64,000 nt of DNA from Escherichia coli. GTDB taxonomy: Bacteria > Pseudomonadota > Gammaproteobacteria > Enterobacterales > Enterobacteriaceae. The stretch's first letter is position 1. Each line of letters starts with the position of its first letter. A model generated the notes under the pieces. That model was not told the DNA's origin. It searched no databases and saw nothing but the letters and a program-made list of their open reading frames with translations. Positions 40,401-48,406 of the stretch are shown here, in pieces. A program made the translations under genes and the position numbers. The stretch lies in the NCBI RefSeq assembly GCF_016026235.1, contig NZ_CP065613.1; one strand, 5' to 3'.

Positions 40401-41875
40401 CTGCGACCCGAATGTTTCAATTCTGATGTAGCATAAATAACGTGAAGAGGATGGCCATTAGTTTTCTTACGAAGAGCGGATGCTGCACTCTGCAGTTGTT
40501 CTTCAATTTGTTCTTCACTTTCAAAACCAGTTGTAAGCCAGCCTTCTTGAACTGTTCTACGTAGATAAGAAAGTACTGCACTCTCAGACATTGCAGGCAA
40601 TGTATGCCACTCAGATTTTGGTGCAAAGGCGAGCAAATCCGCTGGCAACTGTTCGTCATTTACCGGTTGAGTGCCGACGAGCAGTACCATATTTTCCGGG
40701 CAGGGAATTACCTGACAGAAAAGGTCATCTAGTGGTCGTTTATCCTCAGCGTTGATACGCCAGACATGATCCAAACCATCAAGAATGAGCACAAATGGCT
40801 TTCCCAGTACTTTGTAGTGGGCAGCACATGCCTCCAATTGTGTATGTAAGCCTCCACCAGTTTTCGGGACATCCTCGTGAAACTGTTGGATCTGCGCCAG
40901 AATGGATTGCTCGACAATGTAGCTATTAACCCGGTCGCGGCCTCGCTCGGTTGTCGACAGAAAATAGTGATGGCGAACCGTTGGGATACCTTTTTCTGCA
41001 AGCGTGTCGCACAGTGCGCTCAGGTAAGTACTCTTTCCGCGTCCTGGTGGACCAGTCAGCACAATTGCCTTTCCGGTAGCATTAATTGTGCTCTGGACAA
41101 ATTCTTGATGGAATATTTCATCAGGAACCTCATAACCTTCTGGAACAACAAAATCCTCTGGCAAAGGAGCTGGAGGTGAAGCTCGCAAGATGGTTCCAAC
41201 CTCTGCCAGTTTAATCCAGCCATCCGGCGCAGGGAGATTTTTTTGCGTTGCCCAATTCAGAGCCACATATTTTAGATTAGCGATTCCCTCTGGCGTACCA
41301 TGCAGTCGAAGGCGAGCATCAACTTCATGCTCCAATGCAAGATAGCCCTTATCGCTGTGTCGAATACATAATTGTCTGAAGAAAAGTTTGCATTCCTCAA
41401 CGCCGCCGAGTTCAACTTCTACCAAGGTGCGCTGAGGTTCTGGGATCTTAGAAGGATCAATCCGGTCTCGTTCCAGACAAACCTCAATAGCAGCATCTGG
41501 TCGGCGATTCGTTATGAGCGAAATTTCGCCAATACGCACTGGATCAAGTTGTTTGAAAGCATCGAACCATTTGCGTAGCATCGATCTCGACCGCTCTGTC
41601 TTGCCCGTTTTCTCCAGCATCCAATCCCAAGATAGAAGATGCGTCTCAGAATCTGGGGTGAACTTGATCTGCTGAAGGTCAACGAAGCCATCACTTCGTT
41701 CGATGACGATATCATCTAGTCCCTGTGGTGCTTCGTTTTCATTATCACATTCAAATTTCACGCGGCTATAGCGCGTCGGCGCATCAAGCCAATCGCACAG
41801 GACCTTAAGGCCCTGGCGATTTTGATAAATATAACCAGCTGCAGTGATGGCGGTTTTCTTAATATCTTCACTCAT
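37448..41875 (-). CDS. STAND-class P-loop NTPase (NACHT-like) with N-terminal nuclease-like domain and long C-terminal helical region; candidate anti-phage sensor/effector
   Basis: 1475 aa; Walker A VLTGPPGRGKST, Walker B FVLILDGLDHV (hhhhDGLD, NACHT-type); N-terminal ~250 aa contain ...GLDDIVIERSDGFVDLQQIKF (D...QxK, restriction-endonuclease-fold-like); C-terminal ~1000 aa helix-rich with no enzymatic motif. Confidence 0.8.
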   Translation of the reverse strand: MSEDIKKTAITAAGYIYQNRQGLKVLCDWLDAPTRYSRVKFECDNENEAPQGLDDIVIERSDGFVDLQQIKFTPDSETHLLSWDWMLEKTGKTERSRSMLRKWFDAFKQLDPVRIGEISLITNRRPDAAIEVCLERDRIDPSKIPEPQRTLVEVELGGVEECKLFFRQLCIRHSDKGYLALEHEVDARLRLHGTPEGIANLKYVALNWATQKNLPAPDGWIKLAEVGTILRASPPAPLPEDFVVPEGYEVPDEIFHQEFVQSTINATGKAIVLTGPPGRGKSTYLSALCDTLAEKGIPTVRHHYFLSTTERGRDRVNSYIVEQSILAQIQQFHEDVPKTGGGLHTQLEACAAHYKVLGKPFVLILDGLDHVWRINAEDKRPLDDLFCQVIPCPENMVLLVGTQPVNDEQLPADLLAFAPKSEWHTLPAMSESAVLSYLRRTVQEGWLTTGFESEEQIEEQLQSAASALRKKTNGHPLHVIYATSELKHSGRRLSSWDIEQLKGDLSQDARFYYASLWERLAPSQKDTLRLICAFTFFWPKTAFSEIATKIKAVEPDVDKVEHLLHSSVAGLKVFHESLAVFVRATDDYESRINELMPVIADWLEHQAPTSLRVNWLWTVQAKLGNPNNLITGLTRDWIMSRLKEGYSEALFEILLSEALSAALETANFSDAYRLAHLKARMVDGSQFQMQDSDLARLISFTLTLTSEESVIRESIASRHETDILHVVALGLALLSRGDIIQAEICGEEAFHRFRALCQFSNKYNSRAGSDELLFLASAFTQLGVIADTSENLAWLVDKNSPDIWLPRVQMLIQKGNLDDLMLLAASLPDGQKKNIISDACIRAAAVAGVVVTEREDFDELVRTPFVAAIEVALIKTSTPSSQPIPVNWISDSYYKHKDNLATLTHHWLFGAVHLNLCMIAEGQTNFEHIKAPMYEDREDITDYLNVLSGIGAQIAQRWWCGEFINFHELYELLEPVESRRFRQSYFRKSATADFQAALHRIACDIYIGSVLLSGTSAVVLSQSTIDAALQCAWFDSASFRTQYASGSLIRMADEAAITFIGAQRLLLDADIQNETSVHLQIPLQLCAIAISHQLNSEARELCTQTWELTTGYGHRKDPTLSNTVDAIAYLVDVVPKEACRLLAKIAPQIHHVLDYTDGKGTRHVLAEADRLLAKLKPSALVIKFEEHTCVGDWALAESSMQAYIKQGIIEEWPLDALMRTGLHPEIRDTLQQLVEDGCTTASERLRILEEHNGWDIGCLQRHENSSSDADNKPYEGDVTVFRPEQLEDLLKVLEPYYKERPKLLRTWYQHWESQKQGRNLLVELDKILFAKNNKWMREALHLSEFAFQTKRRLSGLTAAWKYLVHAQIRNGGWIGYMENVDVTCKRLDLVVQNYPQRCDEFVAVTTYNMFDEPVSSRLAPSEVMVYFYVKQNRIDEAVKFTETMVNCVIEDTRTLPLEPPCWMSKLLEPIAQEVK

Positions 41876-41879
41876 AGCA

Positions 41880-44800
41880 TCAAGGTATGTTTAGTTCGGT
41901 TTTGATCCAAGTGTCCAAAGTGTCTACACGTACAAACTGGGTCGGAACAGGATATGGCGGATGAACCATCCAGTAGTACACATCGCGGCTTACATAGAGT
42001 TCAATATTCCTTAAAGGAACACTCTCTGGCTGTGGCCACTGGAGCAGTTCAAGCAACCTTGAACGGTGAGTTTCGAGAAATTTTCTGCGGTCTAAAATAC
42101 GACTGAATTGTCCTGCCCTGTCATTCTCTGCCTTGCCAAATATCCGATCACGAAGACGACGGCTATCTTTCATTGTAAATGGCGGCTGGTTGTACTTACA
42201 CTCTACTGTCACGAGCAAATTGCTTTCCGGCCAGTATGCAAAAACATCGAAATCACCAACGTCATCAAACTTCTCTTCCCGGAATCTTCTAAAGAAATCA
42301 ATACCTCGCTGAACATAAGGTGTATGCCTGCGGAATATTTCCTCTGTACGAAGCTCGAGACGCTTTTCAATACTCTCCTTAACCTCGCGAATGACTGGCT
42401 TAACATGAGGCCAATCAAATTCCGCAGGCAAATAACCGTCTCGTACCGCCGACATCCAAATGTACATTGCCCGGCTTGCCGACTCTGCCCCCCAACGCAA
42501 ATCGGCACCATCAATTACCAGCGGCTTGATAGTGTATCGATCGATTCGCTTATTCCGCTCCCAATATGGAATATCTCCTTCATCGATATCCCTTCCAACG
42601 AGCCTACGAACTCCTACTTCCGAAAGAGTCAGAAAAGCAACAATCTTTTGGGCCTCAGAATAGTCAAGCCTATCAATGCTATCAGCCAACCCTCGCGCAA
42701 GGCGATCAGGTGCTGCAGCATAAGACAAGGAAAGTTCGTTCCCGAATCCATATCGTTGAGCTTGCGATAACACAGCGAGAACAGTGAGCATATTCTGAAG
42801 CTCGAACCCCAAATCGGTGATAAAAGCTTTTTTGAGTTTCTCTGAAGCCAGCAACCCCTCTGGCTCTCCTTCCACCGCATCCTTGTCATTTGTGCCAAGC
42901 CCCAACCTGGACTTCGCATACTCCTTTGCAAAGGTAGCCTCACGATCACCAAAATCTGTCGAATAGAAAACTTCTGGAATATATGAGTCGTCGATCTCAA
43001 CACCACCCACATCTATACCATTGTGAAGGGTATCACTGGCACCAGTCAGCACCATGAACCAATCAACCAAGCCAACTAATTCTCGTAGTACATCCTCTGT
43101 AACTCTATCTACACCATTTGAAGATAAATTGACGGTCTTCTCTAGTAGATATCGATAATGGCGGGCCTTATCACCGAATTCTTTGCGTGCATGTTCTATC
43201 GCATCAAGTCTGTCATACTCAACTTCATGAGCAAGACTCAAACGGGCTCGTTGGATTCTAGTCCTCTCAGTAACAAGGAGGGCATCGTGTTGCTCGATGA
43301 ATGCCTGCAGAAGCTGATGCCTATCAAATGCTGCAAGTCGATTCTCAATGTGAAGACGCATGCGAGCACTGGAAGGATCAATCCTGGCCTTGGCATCTGA
43401 CAGTTCATACCTGCCAGGAATAAACCCAAGCCCCATGATTTCTGCGGCCAGTTTTCTACGGGCAAGCTTGTAATCGGTAGGCGAAGGAATTATAGGGTAT
43501 ACATAGTCGGGGACATCAATATTACGGGTCATGACTTTTAAATGATAACGAGCCGCTTGCGACGCTATATGAGTAAATCGTTGAGCAAATTCATCAGGCA
43601 TCTGCAAACCAAGTACTGCATGACATTTTTCGAGCGTTTCCAGTAAGCAACGAACCTCGAATGATCCATCCTTGGAAAGATTTAATCCAGCAAGCACTGC
43701 ACGTGTATCAACTTGAACGTGAAATACATCGGGGTTGTGGGAATCCGGGATGACTGAAGTCACCACGTGTTTAAATTCGTCTAAAGAAGAAGGACTCTCT
43801 TCAGCTTTAACCAGACTAGATGGTTCAGGGGAGCACGTAAACAAAACATGCGGCTGCCTAAATAGAGAAATATCAGACATCATTTTTCTGCAGCGATAGC
43901 TACAGTCGGCCAGAAGTTGGGCAAAAAGGTCTATCAGACGTCCATCTTCAAAGCGTAATTCTTTGGTTATTTCTATTAATGTTTGAACGGTACAGGAACC
44001 AATCGATGTTGAGTATGCCATCGCTTTGTGATGACGCGATTCAAGTCGAACGACACCTTCAGTTGAAGAACTCAACGTCCATCCGATAGAGCTGTCTGGA
44101 AATACCTTGGGTGCACGAGACCAGAATTCTGTCAATATCTTGAAGCGCCAAGAAGTCCCCCAGTGAGGGTCTAGCCCAATGAAGTTAGGTGCAATCGCAC
44201 CTTCGACAAGCACACCATGCATGTCTTTGAATGATGCAAACAGGTCTACTGTTCCACGGGAAAATGGGCTGAGCGTCCCCTCTTGAGCATCTGTAAATTT
44301 CCAATAACTTTCTAATTCTTCCAGATCGTTGAGACTATCAAAAATCGTGATGAAATCCGCTAATGGAAACAAACGAGTTGGCTTTGAGGGGAGATTGATG
44401 GAATTAAACGCAGTACCCGCGAGTGTAACGACAATAACGATGTGAAGCTCATCGACGCTAGGTTCTGCACCAACTCTAGATAGAGAAAGGAAACGTCCAT
44501 CATCAAGACGGAAGAAAATCGGCGATCCACGACTCACCTTGGCGTATATGCTTTCCGCTGCGTTTGACAGGCGGTCATTAGATGTATGGTCACATGTGCA
44601 AATGAGATATATCCCAGAATTACCCAGTATAATACAACTGATAGGCAGGTCTTTGCAGGCGGTGCCGTCAACATACAGAGTCAAAGGCCCTATAAGGGTT
44701 CTTTGGAATCGCTCAGCGACAAACTCTGCAAGTTTCCTGTGCGTAGAGGGGCTAATCCCGTTCAGATTTTTGTTAGCCCAATGGTCAATAATGAGACCCG

Positions 44801-45662
44801 GTGCACTGCGTACTGACATTGGTATCCATACCCTATCCATCTCGACAGCAAGGAAAGGTAGCGCCATGCCTTGCATCACTGCATTTCCGAACGCATCCGG
44901 TTTCAGCGGTGCTTTGAAAGTGCCAACACGAGTATCGAACGTACACCCTGCTTTCTTTCGGCGGTTCGCTAGCTCATTGCCAAGTTGTTGAAGCAAAGAC
45001 TTGCAAGTCAACCAGAAGTCTTCAGTAGCTAGTTCAACATCAGCACATTGGGCCTCGGTGTTGACAGAGAGCATCAACTCAGGAATCGATTCGATGATCT
45101 GCGCTTGCAGCGCAATGGCAAGATCCATATGGGCTTGTGCTTCTGGAATATGAGCATAGGTAATGCGAAATGCTTCTACGAAGTCAGACATTCTCTCAAT
45201 GCAACTCCCGTAGAACATAGGGACGAAGTCTTGACCAAGCCGTACTTTGATTTGCCCCCAATCAGCCTCGGGGGAAAAATCCTCAAGCATTGGGAATTCA
45301 GGCCATGATGCGTATAATTCTTTTGTAAATACTTTAAAATCTACATAGCTATCAATCGATATACCTACCTGAGACTCAAATGGCAGCTCTAAAAGGACAC
45401 ACCAAGCAAAAATATGCTTTATGGGGCTACCTGTATTGGCTGGCCAGAGTTCGGAAGTAAATAATGCAACTGCTACGTCGAGGGTTTTGTATCGGCGAAA
45501 TAAATTCTGGGTGGCTTCCAGATGCTTACAAAAGTATGTGTCTTCACCTACCCCATTCGTAAACAATTCACGATATCTGGACATATCGTGTATCAAAGAA
45601 TCATAATCAACCTTTTGCTCTGTTAGTTTTCTTTCCCGCTTTTCACGTGACTTCCTACCCAC
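41880..45662 (-). CDS. large protein (1260 aa) with C-terminal PD-(D/E)xK-like nuclease motif; first gene of the STAND operon
   Basis: GTG start preceded by GGGAGGA Shine-Dalgarno; no Walker A found on reading; C-terminus has GDFDVFAYWPESNLLVTVECKY (D-x15-ExK); stop lies 4 nt before the start of the STAND gene. Confidence 0.75.
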   Translation of the reverse strand: MGRKSREKRERKLTEQKVDYDSLIHDMSRYRELFTNGVGEDTYFCKHLEATQNLFRRYKTLDVAVALFTSELWPANTGSPIKHIFAWCVLLELPFESQVGISIDSYVDFKVFTKELYASWPEFPMLEDFSPEADWGQIKVRLGQDFVPMFYGSCIERMSDFVEAFRITYAHIPEAQAHMDLAIALQAQIIESIPELMLSVNTEAQCADVELATEDFWLTCKSLLQQLGNELANRRKKAGCTFDTRVGTFKAPLKPDAFGNAVMQGMALPFLAVEMDRVWIPMSVRSAPGLIIDHWANKNLNGISPSTHRKLAEFVAERFQRTLIGPLTLYVDGTACKDLPISCIILGNSGIYLICTCDHTSNDRLSNAAESIYAKVSRGSPIFFRLDDGRFLSLSRVGAEPSVDELHIVIVVTLAGTAFNSINLPSKPTRLFPLADFITIFDSLNDLEELESYWKFTDAQEGTLSPFSRGTVDLFASFKDMHGVLVEGAIAPNFIGLDPHWGTSWRFKILTEFWSRAPKVFPDSSIGWTLSSSTEGVVRLESRHHKAMAYSTSIGSCTVQTLIEITKELRFEDGRLIDLFAQLLADCSYRCRKMMSDISLFRQPHVLFTCSPEPSSLVKAEESPSSLDEFKHVVTSVIPDSHNPDVFHVQVDTRAVLAGLNLSKDGSFEVRCLLETLEKCHAVLGLQMPDEFAQRFTHIASQAARYHLKVMTRNIDVPDYVYPIIPSPTDYKLARRKLAAEIMGLGFIPGRYELSDAKARIDPSSARMRLHIENRLAAFDRHQLLQAFIEQHDALLVTERTRIQRARLSLAHEVEYDRLDAIEHARKEFGDKARHYRYLLEKTVNLSSNGVDRVTEDVLRELVGLVDWFMVLTGASDTLHNGIDVGGVEIDDSYIPEVFYSTDFGDREATFAKEYAKSRLGLGTNDKDAVEGEPEGLLASEKLKKAFITDLGFELQNMLTVLAVLSQAQRYGFGNELSLSYAAAPDRLARGLADSIDRLDYSEAQKIVAFLTLSEVGVRRLVGRDIDEGDIPYWERNKRIDRYTIKPLVIDGADLRWGAESASRAMYIWMSAVRDGYLPAEFDWPHVKPVIREVKESIEKRLELRTEEIFRRHTPYVQRGIDFFRRFREEKFDDVGDFDVFAYWPESNLLVTVECKYNQPPFTMKDSRRLRDRIFGKAENDRAGQFSRILDRRKFLETHRSRLLELLQWPQPESVPLRNIELYVSRDVYYWMVHPPYPVPTQFVRVDTLDTWIKTELNIP

Positions 45663-45959
45663 TTCATATCCTCCCTGTATGCATACGTTGACAGTCTATA
45701 CGGTATCGAAGCATAGAAATTATTAATGCGTATCATAATGAATATCTTGAGTCACTTACTGTACCGCCCTCACAAAAGTGCATAGCCTCAAACTATCAAA
45801 CACATCCGACAAATTGTTACATTTATATTATTGCAACCATAAAACCCAATAATTTGATAAATAATAAATTTTTCTTATTTCAACTAGTCACACTTCAGAT
45901 TGGTTTACATAACTTTAGCGCAAATCACTGTTTGCCAATAATCACTTCTTCAAAAGCGG

Positions 45960-46195
45960 CTTTCACATTTTCATCCTCCGCTATCCGCCCTGATCAGTTA
46001 CCACAGCTAATGCAGACAATGCGAAATGCCAACATTATTTTGCCTACTCGATGCTTGTTCATGTGGCAACTTCTAACTATCTCACGACCCGCAGAAGCGG
46101 CAGAAGCTCGTTGGGATGAGATCGATTTTGAAGCTAAAGAATGGAAAATTCCTGCAGCTCGAATGAAGATGAACCGGGACCATACGGTTCCGCTA
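45960..46195 (+). pseudogene. truncated second copy of a P4-type integrase (internal fragment only)
   Basis: Encodes ...IRPDQLPQLMQTMRNANIILPTRCLFMWQLLTISRPAEAAEARWDEIDFEAKEWKIPAARMKMNRDHTVPL, matching residues ~215-285 of the intact integrase at 31446..32687; 80 bp (46112..46191) are identical to 32214..32293; no N- or C-terminal part present. Confidence 0.85.
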
Positions 46196-46622
46196 GGTTC
46201 GCGAGGCCTGAGCTTGGCGCAGCTATCGCCAGCAGAATCACCGCTGATGCAAGTGGCGCAGGCGCAGTTAAAGCATCTGTTACCCGCACATCTGATGGCT
46301 TCATTTTCGCCGTTTTTTAGTCAAGCGGGACACACTTCCTAGCCACAGCAAACGGGCGCTGAGAGAGTGGGAATGGCCGCAGAAGGTGCGGGTGGTCGCG
46401 GCCAGTCAGCCGCTCCTACCACCGGTGATCCAGGAAGGCATGTTTGACGCGGTCAGTGAAGCGCTTTACCAAGACCCTTGGCTGAACATTGATTACCGCA
46501 ATGCTCAAGATACTCGCCGTCAGGCGGAGGTGATGCCCCTTGGTTTTAGTCCTACAGGGCTCACGTCTGCAAAGCTAATGGGAAGAGTGTGGTACTCACT
46601 CTCTCCCATATAATCTTCCAAA

Positions 46623-46850
46623 CTATGGCGAAACAGGCGTTAGCGGTTTTTTTACTTTGCTCAAAATCCAGGCATCAATCTCGGATTCTAGCCACCCCAC
46701 CGTCTTTGCTCCCAGTTTCACCCTTTGGGGAAATGTCGGATCATGACGATCAGAACTAGGGTCAAGCCAGTCGTATACCATTGAACGCCCAATGCCTAAC
46801 TTCTTGACAAGTGCAGGTACACGAAGGATTTTTACAGACTTTGGTTCCAT
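46623..46850 (-). CDS. alpA: AlpA-family prophage transcriptional regulator (HTH)
   Basis: 75 aa MEPKSVKILRVPALVKKLGIGRSMVYDWLDPSSDRHDPTFPQRVKLGAKTVGWLESEIDAWI, the AlpA pattern. Confidence 0.8.
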   Translation of the reverse strand: MEPKSVKILRVPALVKKLGIGRSMVYDWLDPSSDRHDPTFPQRVKLGAKTVGWLESEIDAWILSKVKKPLTPVSP

Positions 46851-46964
46851 TAAAGAGCTTCCTCTCTTGGTTTGCTTAGGATGGAAGTCAGACTATCTAC
46901 TGATGCAACTGTGCGACATACGGCTGCAGTACTTCATTTTTTACGGAGCTTAACTGATTGAATA

Positions 46965-47687
46965 ATGGATAATTTTAGTTTTAACGATTTTATCGTTGAT
47001 TTGAAAACTATGTTCAATAATAAGAGCGCAAGCTTGTCCAATAGACTCATGGCGGCTGACCGGGAGCAGGAAAAGGTTATTTCAGATGCAAATGAATATC
47101 ATGAGTTTGTACTATCGCTGGTTGAAAGCATGCTTACGAACCCGGTAGTACGCCGTAGGTTTGATGATCAAGTCTACAGAATGTCATTTGATGAACCAGA
47201 CACGGTTAGCGAAACTATAAGTGAGCTTGTTTTCCTGGCTGATGTTAACTGGCAGCTAGGGCTTGGGCTTCTGAATACGAATAAAAATGAAGCGATAAAG
47301 TGCCTACTCTTAGCTATTGAATACCTTGATTACTGTCGTGGTCTTGAAGATCAAGAATTATGGCAACAGCAACAGACCACAAAATTAGATGTTCCGGCGC
47401 AGAGGGGTAGAAGTAAAGCTGCTCGCTTTGATCCCATTAAAGCCAAAATTATCAGGCTTTTGCAGGAAGCTTGCCCCTCAGACGGATGGGATACTAAATC
47501 AGAAGCTTTGAAGAGCATAGAGAATGGGATTAATGAACTGAAATGGCCATCTGCACGTGATCAGAACAATCTGCCCAAAACCGGAGCTGAAATATTTGCA
47601 ATGAAGATACGCCAGGTTGAGGTCTGGTCAAGTCAGGATCAGAAAATTAAAGCTGCATTTGATAGTGTCGTAAAGCCTAAAAAATAG
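46965..47687 (+). CDS. hypothetical prophage protein, 240 aa
   Basis: Clean ORF MDNFSFNDFIVDLKTMFNNKSASLSNRLMAADREQEK...; no family recognised. Confidence 0.6.
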   Translation: MDNFSFNDFIVDLKTMFNNKSASLSNRLMAADREQEKVISDANEYHEFVLSLVESMLTNPVVRRRFDDQVYRMSFDEPDTVSETISELVFLADVNWQLGLGLLNTNKNEAIKCLLLAIEYLDYCRGLEDQELWQQQQTTKLDVPAQRGRSKAARFDPIKAKIIRLLQEACPSDGWDTKSEALKSIENGINELKWPSARDQNNLPKTGAEIFAMKIRQVEVWSSQDQKIKAAFDSVVKPKK

Positions 47688-47757
47688 ATGTACTTGAGGT
47701 CTAATATGCTGGCAGTTTAAGCCTTAAAAGCCAAACTGCCATCTCACAACGCGCATG

Positions 47758-48342
47758 TTACCTGCGGCTCATTCCAATTGATCGATATCCATCGTCATAA
47801 CTCTTGGTGTGGTCTTTAGCCATATACTCCATGCGCTTCAGTAATTCTTTAACCTGTTGCATATAATTAGGGAGTTTTCTGTTTAAATAAAAACAACCGT
47901 TCTCAGTCATATTCGCCAGACCTGTATATTGCTCTGTATCCAAGCCTAACGCACTACACCATGCCTGCTGGATTAATGCGTATAAACTGTCATCGGAGTT
48001 ATAGTTCCCGGCACCATGGTAGAAGTCTTTATTCAGTAGCAGTAATACATGGTAATGTTTACGGCGGTTAAGTTCACCTACTTCACGTACCCATGCATAC
48101 CGTAATCTATTAGATCGGTTACGTTTCCATCGTAGGTTCTTACGTTGGCAATCGACCAGCAACTTAGCTTTCAGTGATTCAATAAAACGAGTAACCTCTT
48201 TGTTCGAATCACCATACTGATAGTGGCGGGGAAAACGTAAATCAACACGTAGTGCTAACGTACGTGGAAACTCGTCTACTGCATTACGAATAACATCATA
48301 AAATGCTTGCTGGTAGTAAGCATTCAAGGAATTATGCTGCAT
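47758..48342 (-). CDS. yfjJ: YagK/YfjJ-family protein (inovirus Gp2-like, HUH-type replication initiator-like)
   Basis: ORF 47758..48399; likely start MQHNSLNAYYQQAFYDVIRNAVDEFPRTLALRVDLRFP; HYHVLLLL resembles an HUH motif. Confidence 0.65.
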   Translation of the reverse strand: MQHNSLNAYYQQAFYDVIRNAVDEFPRTLALRVDLRFPRHYQYGDSNKEVTRFIESLKAKLLVDCQRKNLRWKRNRSNRLRYAWVREVGELNRRKHYHVLLLLNKDFYHGAGNYNSDDSLYALIQQAWCSALGLDTEQYTGLANMTENGCFYLNRKLPNYMQQVKELLKRMEYMAKDHTKSYDDGYRSIGMSRR

Positions 48343-48406
48343 GTTAATACCTGAATAAATAATTAATATTGAGGTGAGTAAGAATAAATAACCATACAAT
48401 TAACCA

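Noticed and set aside
42108-42770. 220 aa plus-strand ORF inside the 1260 aa island gene
   Set aside because: Antisense to a much longer uninterrupted ORF with a strong RBS; the long frame is the more parsimonious coding assignment.
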